Shown here: piece by piece, positions 54,857-64,000 of the stretch
How positions within the stretch are numbered: the first letter of the stretch is position 1
Layout of the letters: every line of letters starts with the position of its first letter
Assembly (NCBI GenBank): GCA_963842515.1
Contig: CAWJGO010000005.1
Coordinates: forward strand, 641,125 to 705,124
Reading direction: 5' to 3'
Length of the DNA stretch: 64,000 nt
Source of the DNA: an uncultured Pseudomonadota bacterium
GTDB lineage: Bacteria; Pseudomonadota; Gammaproteobacteria; Steroidobacterales; Steroidobacteraceae
Program-made: the position numbers and the translations under genes
The notes under the pieces: model-generated
Seen by the model: only the letters and a program-made list of their open reading frames with translations
Told to the model about the DNA's origin: nothing
The model's database searches: none

Positions 54857-55512
54857 TGAGCCTTCCTCGCGGCGGCGATTATCCTGCGGCGCGGCGGGTA
54901 TTCGCACAGTGTGTTGACGAGACAGCGTTCGCATTGCGGCCTCAGCGCTTTGCAGACGTAACGGCCATGCAGGATGAGCCACTGATGTGCGTCATGAGCG
55001 AATTCCCCGGGCGTGAACTTGATGAGCGCGTCCTCCACCGCTCGCGGGGTTTTCCCTGGAGCAATCCTCGTGCGGTTGGCGACGCGAAATATGTGCGTGT
55101 CGACGGCAATTGTCGGCTCACCGAAGATTGTGTTCAGGACCACGTTCGCAGTTTTGCGACCCACGCCCGGAAGTTCTTCGAGCGCCTCGCGCACGCGCGG
55201 CACCTCGCCGCCGTGTTGCTGGGTAATGGCGACAGCGGTGGCGACCACGTTCTTCGCCTTCGCCTGCCACAGACCGATGGTGCGGATGTATTTCGCGAGT
55301 CCCTCGACACCGAGCGCCGCGATCTCCTTTGGAGTACGGGCAACCGGAAACAGTTTGCGCGTCGCGGCGTTCACGCTCTTGTCGGTGGCCTGCGCCGAGA
55401 GGATCACGGCCACCAGCAACTCGAATGGCGTTTCGTATTCGAGCTCGGTCGTGGGGTGGGGATTCGCGGCGCGGAAGCGTTCGAAGATCGCGCGGCGCTT
55501 TTCGGCGTTCAT
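54853..55512 (-). CDS. nth: Endonuclease III
   Basis: Start at [13 protein letters not shown]. HhH-GPD motif is [13 protein letters not shown]. The FeS loop is [17 protein letters not shown] (C-x6-C-x2-C-x5-C). Confidence 0.95.
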   Translation of the reverse strand: MNAEKRRAIFERFRAANPHPTTELEYETPFELLVAVILSAQATDKSVNAATRKLFPVARTPKEIAALGVEGLAKYIRTIGLWQAKAKNVVATAVAITQQHGGEVPRVREALEELPGVGRKTANVVLNTIFGEPTIAVDTHIFRVANRTRIAPGKTPRAVEDALIKFTPGEFAHDAHQWLILHGRYVCKALRPQCERCLVNTLCEYPPRRRIIAAARKAQ

Positions 55513-56060
55513 GTCGATGGTGGGCGCGCGCCGCGTTTCTTGTCGGCCAGCGTGGCGGCGCGCATTGCAGCACGGCGCGCCACGCGTGCGTTGTGGGCTT
55601 CGAAGCGCGCGCGTGAGTCCCCGGCTGGTGGCAGTACCAGCGAGGGTAAGGGACTCGCCAGCAGCGGGATCATGACGATGCAATCCACCGGGCAGGGCGC
55701 CACGCACAACTCGCAGCCCGTGCACAACTCGGCGATGACGGTGTGCATGCGCCGCGGCGCGCCGGCGATGGCATCCACCGGGCAGGGAGGCAGGCACTTG
55801 GTGCAGCCAATGCAACGATTCTCATCGATGTAAGCGACCGTTGGCGCGGCCTCCAGGCCATGGTCGCGGTTGAGCGGCAACGGCTGGCGGCCGGTGAGTG
55901 CCGCCAGCGCGACAATCGTTTCGGTGCCGCCCGGCGGGCATTGATTGATGTCGGCGTCACCGCGTGCGATGGCCTCGGCATATGGCAGGCAGCCCGAATA
56001 GCCGCAACGAGTGCATTGAGTCTGCGGCAACAGAGCGTCGATGGCGGACGGGTTGTCCAC
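55509..56060 (-). CDS. RnfB-related ferredoxin (no N-terminal membrane anchor)
   Basis: [16 protein letters not shown], plus two 4Fe-4S motifs ([24 protein letters not shown]). It overlaps nth by 4 nt. Confidence 0.85.
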   Translation of the reverse strand: MDNPSAIDALLPQTQCTRCGYSGCLPYAEAIARGDADINQCPPGGTETIVALAALTGRQPLPLNRDHGLEAAPTVAYIDENRCIGCTKCLPPCPVDAIAGAPRRMHTVIAELCTGCELCVAPCPVDCIVMIPLLASPLPSLVLPPAGDSRARFEAHNARVARRAAMRAATLADKKRGARPPST

Positions 56061-56069
56061 GCGTTGCGC

Positions 56070-58103
56070 TCAGGTGACTTTCATTCCAGGCGTGGCGCCT
56101 TCGTCGGGCGACAGCAGGAACAGTTCGGGGCCGGCATCCGTGCTGGCGCACAGCACCATGCCTTCGGACACGCCGAAGCGCATCTTGCGCGGCTCGAGAT
56201 TGGCGATCATCACCACCTGGCGGCCGATGAGCTTCGCCGGGTCGTAAGCGGAGCGGATTCCCGAGAACACGTTGCGCTGCTCCGTCCCCAGATCCAGCGT
56301 CAGCTGCAGTAGTTTGTCCGAGCCTTCGACGAACGCGGCGTTGAGCACTTTCGCCACGCGCAGGTCGAGCCTGGCGAAGTCTCCGATGGTGACGAGGCCG
56401 GTCGCTGGGGGAGTGGCGGTCACTTCTTTGCTCTTCTTGACAGGTTTGGCTTCCGCTTGGGCGGGCGAGGCGGCGGCGGGATCGACCAGCCCGGCGACGA
56501 CCTTCGGATCGAGGCGCAGCGCCAGCGGTTCGTAGGGTGCGATCGGGTGATCGAGCAGCGGCGTCGCCACCGAATTCCAGTCGGCGAACGAGATGCGCAG
56601 GAAAGCCGAAGCTTTTTCCGCCATCTGCGGCATGACGGGCGCGAGGTAGCTCATGAGCACGCGGAACAGGTTGACGCCTTGTGTGCACACGGTGAGCACT
56701 TCGGCGGCCTTGGCGGGGTCCTTGGCGAGCGCCCAGGGTTTGTTCGAATCGACGTATTGGTTGGCGCGGTCCGCGAGACCCATGATGCCGCGCATCGCGG
56801 CCGAGTATTCCCGGGCGTCATACAGGTCGGCGATGGTGCCGCGCAGCGCTGCGAATTCTTCGTACAGCTGCGGGTCGGGTAGTTGGGTGGCGAGCCTGCC
56901 GCCGGCGCGCTGCACGAAACCGGCGCAACGGCTGGCGATGTTCACGAGTTTGCCGACGATGTCGGAATTCACGCGCGCGACGAAGTCGTCGAGCGACAGA
57001 TCGATGTCGTCCACGCCGGGCCCGAGCTTGCCGGCGAAATAGAAGCGCAGCGCCTCGGCCGGCAGGCGTTCGAGATAACGCCGCGCGGTGATGAATGTGC
57101 CGCGGGTCTTCGACATCTTCACGCCATTGATGGTGAGGAAGCCATGCACGAACACGCCGCTCGGTTTGCGGCAGCCCGAGCCATGCAGCACCGCGGGCCA
57201 GAACAGGTTGTGGAAGTAGCTGATGTCCTTGCCGATGAAGTGATACAGCTCGGTCTTGCTGTCGGCCTTCAGGTACTCGTCGTAGTCGAGACCGCGCAAG
57301 TTGCACAACGCCTTGAACGCGCCGAGGTAGCCGATGGGGGCGTCGAACCACACGTAGAAGTACTTCCCCGGTGCATCCGGAATCTCGAAACCGAAGTAGG
57401 GCGCGTCGCGGGAGATGTCCCAGTCCGAAAGGCCCGTCTGGAACCACTCGGCGAGTTTGGCGCGGATCGCCGGCTGACGCGCGCCGCCGCCCTCTAACCA
57501 CTCGCGCAGCACCGCGGTGAAGTCGCCGAGCTTGAAGAAGTAGTGCTCGGATTCGCGCCACACCGGCTTGGTGTTGGTGATGGTCGAGTATGGATTGATG
57601 AGGTCCGCTGGCGCGTAGGTGGAGCTGCAGTTCTCGCAGACATCGCCGTACTGGTCGGCGGTGTGGCAGATGGGGCATTCACCCTTGACGTAGCGATCGG
57701 GCAGGAACATGCCGGCCTTTTCGTCGTAGGCCTGGCGCACGCTGCGAGTGGTGATGTGTCCGGCGGTCTTGAGCTTGCCGTAGAGATCGGCGGTGATCGC
57801 CTTGTTCTCGGCCGAGTGCGTGGAATGGAAGTGATCGTGCCCGATCAGGAAGCCTTCGTAGTCGGCGCGATGCTCGGCCGCCATGCGCGTGATCAGCACT
57901 TCGGGAGTCACGCCTTCGGCCTGCGCCTTGATCATCACTGGCGTGCCGTGCGTGTCCTCCGCGCACACGTAGATGCAGTCGTGACCCTGCATGCGCTGGA
58001 AGCGCACCCAGATGTCGGTTTGCACGGCTTCGATGATGTGGCCGATATGCAGCGAGCCGTTGGCGTACGGCAGCGCGCTCGTGACGAGAATCTTCCGGGG
58101 CAT
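56070..58103 (-). CDS. metG: Methionine--tRNA ligase
   Basis: HIGH motif (SLHIGHIIE), KMSKT, zinc knuckle [17 protein letters not shown], and a C-terminal tRNA-binding domain ([20 protein letters not shown]). Confidence 0.97.
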   Translation of the reverse strand: MPRKILVTSALPYANGSLHIGHIIEAVQTDIWVRFQRMQGHDCIYVCAEDTHGTPVMIKAQAEGVTPEVLITRMAAEHRADYEGFLIGHDHFHSTHSAENKAITADLYGKLKTAGHITTRSVRQAYDEKAGMFLPDRYVKGECPICHTADQYGDVCENCSSTYAPADLINPYSTITNTKPVWRESEHYFFKLGDFTAVLREWLEGGGARQPAIRAKLAEWFQTGLSDWDISRDAPYFGFEIPDAPGKYFYVWFDAPIGYLGAFKALCNLRGLDYDEYLKADSKTELYHFIGKDISYFHNLFWPAVLHGSGCRKPSGVFVHGFLTINGVKMSKTRGTFITARRYLERLPAEALRFYFAGKLGPGVDDIDLSLDDFVARVNSDIVGKLVNIASRCAGFVQRAGGRLATQLPDPQLYEEFAALRGTIADLYDAREYSAAMRGIMGLADRANQYVDSNKPWALAKDPAKAAEVLTVCTQGVNLFRVLMSYLAPVMPQMAEKASAFLRISFADWNSVATPLLDHPIAPYEPLALRLDPKVVAGLVDPAAASPAQAEAKPVKKSKEVTATPPATGLVTIGDFARLDLRVAKVLNAAFVEGSDKLLQLTLDLGTEQRNVFSGIRSAYDPAKLIGRQVVMIANLEPRKMRFGVSEGMVLCASTDAGPELFLLSPDEGATPGMKVT

Positions 58104-58152
58104 TGAGGGTCGGCGGTCCTTTCAAAACGGGCCGCGATTATTACACGGCGCT

Positions 58153-59214
58153 TCAGCCCTGATCTTTGAAAGGCTCGAACTTGGCCTTGCTGATGCCCTT
58201 CTTATAGGCCTCTTTTCCGGTAACCATGCGCTGGTTGAGCAGCGCCTCGATGGCATTGTCCATGGTACGCATGCCGTGCTGGCTGCCGGCCTGCATGGTG
58301 GTCTCGAGCTGGTCGAGCTTGCCCTGGCGGATGAGGTTCGACACCGCAGGAGTGTTCACGAGGATCTCGAGCGCCGCCACGCGGCCACTCTTGTCGGCCT
58401 TTTGCAGCAGCTGCTGTGAAATCACCCCGCGCAGCGAGGTCGACAACATCGTGCGCACATGGCTTTGTTTGTCGGACGGAAATACGTTGATCATGCGATC
58501 CACGGTGGGGGCGGCGCCGTTGGTGTGCAGCGTGCCCATCACCAGGATGCCCATCTCCGCGGCGGTCACGGCAATGCTGATGGTTTCATAGTCGCGCAAC
58601 TCGCCGACCAGCACGACGTCAGGGTCTTCACGCAGGCCCGACTGCAGTGCGGCTGCGAAGCCCTTGGTGTGTACGCCGACCTCGCGCTGGCTGATCAGGC
58701 ACTGCTTGCGCTGGTGCACGAACTCGATCGGATCTTCGATGGTGAGGATGTGCCCTTTGAGGCGCGAATTGATGTCGTCGATCATCGCCGCGAGCGTGGT
58801 GGACTTGCCCGAGCCCGTCTTACCGGTCACGAGAATCAGGCCGTTGTTGGCGCGGCACAGCGTGTGGCACGCCGGTGGCAGGTTGAGCTGCGCCATCGAC
58901 AGGGCCTTCGATGGAATGGCGCGCATGACCGCGCCCATGCCGTTCAACTGGCGCATCACGTTCACGCGGAAACGGCCGTACTCGCCCATGTTGTAGGCGA
59001 AGTCCGCGCCGTCGTGTTCCTCGAAACGCTTCGCCGCGGTCTTCGGCATGATTTCGAACAGCGTGTTCTGCACGAATTCTTTGTCGAGACGATCGGGGCG
59101 CAGTGGCTGCAGGTCTCCATAGAGACGGATGCGTGGCGGATCGCCGGCGAGGAAATGCAGGTCGGAGCCCTTCTTGCTCAGCACTTCCTTCAGATATTCG
59201 TCGATGACGGGCAT
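58153..59214 (-). CDS. PilT/PilU-family type IV pilus retraction-type ATPase (paralog 2)
   Basis: Start at MPVIDEYLKEVLSKKGSDLHF. Walker A GKTGSGKST, EDPIEFVH, GELRDYET, GTLHTNGA and AVSNLIRQGK (AIRNLIRE-like). Confidence 0.9.
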   Translation of the reverse strand: MPVIDEYLKEVLSKKGSDLHFLAGDPPRIRLYGDLQPLRPDRLDKEFVQNTLFEIMPKTAAKRFEEHDGADFAYNMGEYGRFRVNVMRQLNGMGAVMRAIPSKALSMAQLNLPPACHTLCRANNGLILVTGKTGSGKSTTLAAMIDDINSRLKGHILTIEDPIEFVHQRKQCLISQREVGVHTKGFAAALQSGLREDPDVVLVGELRDYETISIAVTAAEMGILVMGTLHTNGAAPTVDRMINVFPSDKQSHVRTMLSTSLRGVISQQLLQKADKSGRVAALEILVNTPAVSNLIRQGKLDQLETTMQAGSQHGMRTMDNAIEALLNQRMVTGKEAYKKGISKAKFEPFKDQG

Positions 59215-59230
59215 CAGGGTATGCGCTCTG

Positions 59231-60355
59231 TCAACTGCCGCCGGCAGCCTGCGAGGGAGTAGTTGGCCCCGTGACGTCGAGCTTGGGCATGAGCGTGGTA
59301 TCGGTGACGTAGCGCTGGAACGCGCGCCGGTCGGAGGCATAGGTCACCGCGTCGTCAGGATCGATTTCCTTGAGGGCGAGCGAACTGAGCAACGCCTGAT
59401 CCATGAGCTGCATGCCCAGATCGCGGCCGGTCTGGATCTGGTTGGGTATCTGGTGCGTCTGGTCGGTCTGGATGAGCTTGGCGATGGCGCGCGTCATGAC
59501 CAGCGTTTCGCAGATGGCCTTGCGCGTGCGGTTGTCGGCGGTCTTCACCAGGATCTGGGTGACCACCGCCAACAAACTCTGCGAAAGGAAGCTCTTGGTC
59601 TGTTCACGTTCCTCGATGGGCAGAGCGTCGATGATGCGGTCGATGGTCTTGGACGCCGAGGTGGTGTGCAGTGTGCCCAGCACCAGGTGGCCAGTTTCCG
59701 CGGCGGTCATCGCCATGGAAATGGTTTCGGCGTCGCGCAACTCGCCGACCAGGATGACGTCGGGATCTTCGCGCATGGCGGCGCGCACGCCTTCGGCGAA
59801 GGACGGGATGTGCGTGCCCAGCTCGCGCTGGATGACCTGGCTCTGTTTGCTGCGGTGGACGAACTCGATCGGATCTTCGAGCGAGACGATGTTGAGGCGC
59901 CGCGAGCTGTTGAGGTGATCGATCATCGCCGCGAGCGTGGTGGACTTGCCGGTGCCAGTGGCGCCGGTTACCAGCACCATGCCCTGGTGGTAGTCACAGA
60001 GTTTCTTGACGATCGGCGGCAGCGCGAGTTTGTCGATGCTGGGGATGTCCTGGGGAATGGAGCGGAAAGTCGCCCCGAGCCCGGTTTCCTTGCGGAAGAC
60101 ATTGACGCGGAAGCGACCGCCGTCCGCTGACACGTAGGAAAAGTCGAGATCGTTGCCCTTGCCGAAGTACTCGTGCTGATTCTTGGTGAATATCTCGATG
60201 AGGTAACTCTCGAGCTCCGCGTCGCCGAGGTCACGGAATTTGATGGGCATGAGATCGCCATTCATGCGCAGCATCGGCGGCACGCCGACGGCCAGGTGCA
60301 CGTCGGAACAGCCTTGCTGCATGCCCAGCTTCAAGAACGCGTCGATGCGTGCCAA
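59231..60355 (-). CDS. Divergent PilT-family ATPase (paralog 1)
   Basis: The TTG start at 60355 (GAGGA 9 nt upstream) gives (M)ARIDAFLKLGMQQGCSDVHL. Walker A GATGTGKST, EDPIEFVH, GELRDAET and GTLHTTSA. The AIRNLIRE helix is replaced by AIAKLIQTDQ, and there is an extra C-terminal tail. Confidence 0.85.
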   Translation of the reverse strand: MARIDAFLKLGMQQGCSDVHLAVGVPPMLRMNGDLMPIKFRDLGDAELESYLIEIFTKNQHEYFGKGNDLDFSYVSADGGRFRVNVFRKETGLGATFRSIPQDIPSIDKLALPPIVKKLCDYHQGMVLVTGATGTGKSTTLAAMIDHLNSSRRLNIVSLEDPIEFVHRSKQSQVIQRELGTHIPSFAEGVRAAMREDPDVILVGELRDAETISMAMTAAETGHLVLGTLHTTSASKTIDRIIDALPIEEREQTKSFLSQSLLAVVTQILVKTADNRTRKAICETLVMTRAIAKLIQTDQTHQIPNQIQTGRDLGMQLMDQALLSSLALKEIDPDDAVTYASDRRAFQRYVTDTTLMPKLDVTGPTTPSQAAGGS

Positions 60356-60451
60356 GGAGAGAAATCCTCGAGGTTTATGTCTCACCCAAGCATGCGACGG
60401 TGGGACGGGCGTCAAGTGTGACGCAGTGCGCGATTCTCCGCGAGCCAGATG

Positions 60452-60540
60452 GGGACATTCCTGATTTCCTAGCAAAAGGGGACGCGCCTGAAGCAGGCAC
60501 GTCCCCTTTTGCCGCTTCGCGCGGAAATCAGGAATGTCCC
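60452..60540. repeat. Nested inverted-repeat element (18-bp outer arms enclosing a terminator hairpin)
   Basis: The outer arms are GGGACATTCCTGATTTCC (60452-60469) and GGAAATCAGGAATGTCCC (60523-60540). The latter abuts the kinase stop. The element contains an 18-mer shared with 40569-40586. Confidence 0.75.
60474..60510 (-). terminator. Bidirectional Rho-independent terminator after the kinase gene
   Basis: AAAAGGGGACGcGCCTG-AAG-CAGGCaCGTCCCCTTTT is a GC-rich stem flanked by A4/T4. Confidence 0.8.
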
Positions 60541-63077
60541 TAACGGAATTTTTCGAGGGCGGTGCGCAGATCCGGCATGGTCTGGTAGCGCTTGTCCTTG
60601 TCGACAGACATCGCCTGCATGATGACTTCCGGCAGGCCCGGTGGCAGGCCCGGATTGATTTCCCGCGGCGGGCGGGCCTTGCCCTGCACGTGCTGGTACA
60701 TCACCGACATGTGATCGCCGCGCGCATATGGCGGCACGCCCGTCATGATCTCGTAGAGGATGACGCCAAGCGCATAAACGTCCGCGCGCTGGTCGACCTT
60801 CTTGCCGAGGATCTGTTCGGGCGCCATGTATTTCGGCGAACCGATGACATAGCCGGTCTTGGTGAGCTGCGTATCCCCTTCACGCTGCGCGGCCGCGACG
60901 CCGAAGTCCACGATCTTGAGGAGGCCTTCCGCATTGATCAGAACGTTCGCGGGTTTCAAGTCGCGGTGCACGATGCCCTGCGCGTGCGCGACTTCCATGC
61001 CAGTGCAGATGTCGATACCGAAACCGAGTGCGCGCGGCAGCGGCATGGGTTTCTCGCCCACCACCTCGCTGCCGAGCGTATGCGAAGGGAAGTACTCCAT
61101 CGAGATGGCGTAGTTGCCCTGGATGTACAGGAAGTCGTAGATGCGGATGACGTTGTGGTGCGTGATCTTGCGCGAGTAGCGCAGCTCGTGCACGAAGCGC
61201 TTCATGATCTCTTCGTCTTCGGAGACGTTGGGATTCAGGAACTTGAGGATCAGCCGCTCGTCGACCACGGTGTCTTCCATCAGGAGCACCGTACCGAACG
61301 CACCCTTGCCGATCTTTTCGACGTACTTGTAGCGGCCCTCGATGATGTCGCCGGGCTTCATGGTCGTGATGTCGAGCTTCTGTGGGCCCGCCATCTTCTC
61401 GGCTTCTTTCACCGCGCGCTGCACGTCCTGTTCGGACATGAGTTGCGTACGCGCCTCTTTCGATGTGGATGCGTGCACCGGCAGTGCTTCCGGCCGCGGG
61501 CGCGGCGGCGGAGCGTTGCTTGCCGGCGGCACCTGCGCAACCACGCTCGTCGCCTGCGTGGCGGACTCGGGCCGATGGCCGGCAACCGGTGCAGGACCCG
61601 ATACCGGCGAGCGGTTCTGAGTCGACGACAGGCGAGTGCCGCTGCCGGAGAAACGTGAATCGAGGTCGGACAACGCGCGCAACGCCGCCTGCGCGACCGT
61701 CTGTTCGGCGTGGGAAGTCTGCGCCTGGATCTGCACGCGAATGTGTTCGAGGCGGCGTTCGTCGGCGAGCTTGGCGAGCGAAGTGATCGCCTCGAGCCGG
61801 ATGTCTTTCTCCTGACGGCTCAACATCGGCATCACCGCATCGATGACCTTGTAGTCGCCCAGGCGGCCGAGTGCGCGTACCACCACGGGCAGCGATTTGG
61901 CCGGCGTCGAATCGAGCATCTCGACGAGGCGGGGAATGGCGCGCTTGCTGCCGATCTCGGCGAGCGCATCGACTGCACGTTCACTGACCCACCAATCTTT
62001 GTCCTTGGTAGCCTCGATGAGATGACCGACCGCGCGATCGTCCTTGGTCTGGTTGAGGATTTCGATGGCCGCGCGGCGGATGTCCTCATCCTCGTCGCCG
62101 ACGAGATGCAACACGGCATCCACGACTTTCGGCCCGCCGATCTTGCCGAGGGCGTCCGCTGCGCGGGAGCGCACCCACCAGTCGTCATCGGCCACCGCCT
62201 CGAGCAGGTCCTTGACCGACTTGGCGTCACCGATTTCGTTGAGCACTTCCACCGCCGCGCGCCGGGCGTACTCGTTTTCGTCCTTGAGCACGGGAATCAG
62301 GTACTTGATCGTCTCGGGATCATTGGCGCGGATGACCACGTCGATGGCTTTGTTCTGCACGTCGATTTCCGGGTCACGCAGCAGCGCACACACCTTCTCG
62401 ATTTCGATGGGTCCATCCATCTTGGAAAGCGCGCCGAGCGTGGCGGCACGCACCAGCTTGTTGGTGTCGCCGAGCTGCTGCTGCAGCGCGCGCTGTACTT
62501 CGGGCTTGGGGAAACGGGACAGGATATTGATGATGTGCAGGCGGGCGACGGGATCTTTGCCGTTCAGCCGCCCGATCAGCTCCGGCAGGTCGTTGTCGCT
62601 GGCGAGCTCGCCCAGCACGCGGAACAGCGCGGCCTTTTCATTGGCCTCCTGCCGGTATGCCGCGCCCAACAACTCGCGGACCGACAGGCGCGAGCGGTGC
62701 GCGGTGATCACATCGAGCAGCGCGGATTTAGCGACGCCCTCGGTGCCCAACGCTTCCAACAACATGGTGGGCGGGTAGGCGCGGCTGCTCGACAGCGCCC
62801 AGGCGACCCCGGCCACGACTCGCGGGCTGCCGGTGACCATGGATTCGATGAACTTGGGGAAGGTTTTCTGATTGACGAGCCCCGTCAGCACTTCGATGTA
62901 GGCCACCGTTGCGACCTTGTCGGCATCGGCGAGGGCCGCAGTGACAGGTTCGATGGCCCCAGCGCCGAGATCGCGCAGTTTCGCGATGGCCTTCTGGGTT
63001 GCAGGAGCGGCGACGTCCGTCGCGGTTTTGAGTTCCGTGATGAACCGGTCAGCCCGGATGTTGGTGAAAAAACTCAT
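60540..63077 (-). CDS. HEAT-repeat protein with a C-terminal Hanks-type Ser/Thr protein kinase domain
   Basis: Start at MSFFTNIRADRF (ATG 63077). Multiple HEAT/PBS-type repeats are present (DDDWWVRSRAADALGKIGGPKVV etc.). The kinase motifs are GKGAFGTV, LILKF, HRDLKPANVL, DFGVA and SPKYMAPE. Confidence 0.85.
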   Translation of the reverse strand: MSFFTNIRADRFITELKTATDVAAPATQKAIAKLRDLGAGAIEPVTAALADADKVATVAYIEVLTGLVNQKTFPKFIESMVTGSPRVVAGVAWALSSSRAYPPTMLLEALGTEGVAKSALLDVITAHRSRLSVRELLGAAYRQEANEKAALFRVLGELASDNDLPELIGRLNGKDPVARLHIINILSRFPKPEVQRALQQQLGDTNKLVRAATLGALSKMDGPIEIEKVCALLRDPEIDVQNKAIDVVIRANDPETIKYLIPVLKDENEYARRAAVEVLNEIGDAKSVKDLLEAVADDDWWVRSRAADALGKIGGPKVVDAVLHLVGDEDEDIRRAAIEILNQTKDDRAVGHLIEATKDKDWWVSERAVDALAEIGSKRAIPRLVEMLDSTPAKSLPVVVRALGRLGDYKVIDAVMPMLSRQEKDIRLEAITSLAKLADERRLEHIRVQIQAQTSHAEQTVAQAALRALSDLDSRFSGSGTRLSSTQNRSPVSGPAPVAGHRPESATQATSVVAQVPPASNAPPPRPRPEALPVHASTSKEARTQLMSEQDVQRAVKEAEKMAGPQKLDITTMKPGDIIEGRYKYVEKIGKGAFGTVLLMEDTVVDERLILKFLNPNVSEDEEIMKRFVHELRYSRKITHHNVIRIYDFLYIQGNYAISMEYFPSHTLGSEVVGEKPMPLPRALGFGIDICTGMEVAHAQGIVHRDLKPANVLINAEGLLKIVDFGVAAAQREGDTQLTKTGYVIGSPKYMAPEQILGKKVDQRADVYALGVILYEIMTGVPPYARGDHMSVMYQHVQGKARPPREINPGLPPGLPEVIMQAMSVDKDKRYQTMPDLRTALEKFR

Positions 63078-63283
63078 GGATCGGATGGTCCGCGATAGGC
63101 GCGACGGCGAAAGCCGCGATGCGCGCGTGCGGAATGATGCAAGCCTGCCGTCCTTTGTAGCCCAAACCCTGTTACAAAAATTATGCCACATGTCCCGTCG
63201 ACTACAGCCGATCCTGACCGCATCGCGGGTATTTTCGTTAGAATCCCGGGCCCTCCGGTCCCGGCGGACAACGCGAAAAACTT

Positions 63284-64000
63284 ATGGTCCCATCTGCTTC
63301 CGCTGAATTTCGCGCACTGGTCGAAGAATATCCGGACCCATATCTCAGACAGACGCTAGCCGGCGCTCAGGCGGTCGAGTTTGCCGAGCTGAAAGGCGAC
63401 CGGGGTCACGTTCGAGTGACTCTCGGCTTCCCGGTCGGCGGCTATCAAGAAGAGTTCACTCGCGGGCTTCAGGCCCACCTCACCGCCCACGGCGGGCCCG
63501 CCGCAATCGACGTGGAGCTGGTGCAGAAGATCACCGCACACGCCGTGCAGCGGCAGTTATCCCCCATGGCAAAGATTCGCAACATTGTGGCGGTCGCCTC
63601 GGGTAAAGGCGGCGTCGGCAAGTCGACGGTTGCCGCAAATCTTGCCTTGGCCTGGGCCCGCCAGGGGGCCAGCGTGGGGATTCTCGACGCCGATATTTAC
63701 GGACCGAGCCAGCCCATCATGCTCGGGCTCACTGGCCAGCGCCCGGCCTCACCCGATGGCAAGCGCATCAAGCCACTGATGGCGCATGGTCTCGCGGCCA
63801 TGTCGATCGGTTTTCTCATCGATCCGGAGCAGCCCATGGTCTGGCGCGGGCCGATGGTCACCCAGGCGCTCACCCAGCTGCTCGGCGATACCGATTGGGG
63901 CGATCTCGATTACCTGGTAATCGACATGCCGCCGGGCACGGGCGATATCCAGCTCACGCTGGCGCAACGCGTGCCGGTCGCGGGCGCCGTCATCGTCACC
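63284..64000 (+). CDS. apbC: Iron-sulfur cluster carrier ATPase ApbC/Mrp (3' end outside the window)
   Basis: The frame is open from ATG 63284 to the window end. N-terminal DUF59-like region, then VASGKGGVGKSTVAANLA and DYLVIDMPPGTGD. It is absent from the ORF track because it has no stop in the window. Confidence 0.9.
   Translation, partial: MVPSASAEFRALVEEYPDPYLRQTLAGAQAVEFAELKGDRGHVRVTLGFPVGGYQEEFTRGLQAHLTAHGGPAAIDVELVQKITAHAVQRQLSPMAKIRNIVAVASGKGGVGKSTVAANLALAWARQGASVGILDADIYGPSQPIMLGLTGQRPASPDGKRIKPLMAHGLAAMSIGFLIDPEQPMVWRGPMVTQALTQLLGDTDWGDLDYLVIDMPPGTGDIQLTLAQRVPVAGAVIVT

Noticed and set aside
1-64000. Search for CRISPR arrays, tRNA/rRNA genes, integrases, transposases, phage genes, and toxin-antitoxin or known defence-system genes
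   Set aside because: No intergenic gap exceeds ~210 nt and none shows a cloverleaf or repeat-spacer organisation. No ORF carries integrase, transposase, nuclease-helicase or other defence-type motifs that I can recognise. The window looks like ordinary chromosome with accessory metabolic genes.

Overview
The window is a very gene-dense, GC-rich (about mid-60s % by eye) chromosomal segment. I support about 61 protein-coding genes. I found no rRNA, tRNA, CRISPR array, integrase or transposase. The gene content points to a Gammaproteobacterium; this is inference from RNase T, a divergent apbC/mrp-metG pair, aceE-aceF-lpdA and class II pyrC.

Housekeeping genes sit mainly in the right half: nadC, grx4, rnt, pyrC, aceE/aceF/lpdA, nth, an RnfB-like ferredoxin, metG and apbC. 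The left and middle parts are accessory and carry:
- an ArnT-like glycosyltransferase and a GAF-PAS-GGDEF-EAL protein;
- glycan-degradation genes (GH95, GH43, a DUF1080-esterase fusion and an unclassified glycosidase);
- a GMC oxidoreductase with a Tat small subunit;
- an ECF sigma module flanked by two DUF4252 genes;
- a DesK/NarL-type two-component system with an ABC-2 transporter, plus a second HlyD/ABC/ABC-2 exporter;
- assorted detoxification and small-domain genes.

Many long ORFs in the six-frame track are off-frame or antisense artefacts of the high GC content. Several real genes are shorter than their maximal ORF. I trimmed these using conserved N-termini and 4-nt stop/start overlaps.

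I cannot identify a clear-cut new system from sequence alone. The best candidates are:
1. A 5.2-kb block (58153-63077) inserted between the normally adjacent metG and apbC. It encodes a HEAT-repeat protein with a C-terminal Ser/Thr kinase and two divergent PilT-family ATPases.
2. An ABC-2 permease with a 7th TM segment and a periplasmic CIA30-like domain, coupled to a sensor kinase that has no periplasmic sensor domain.
3. The DUF4252 - ECF sigma - anti-sigma - DUF4252 cassette.
4. A secreted DUF4329 protein with an intact JAMM motif in a lower-GC patch.

All family assignments come from motifs I recognised by eye. No searches were run.
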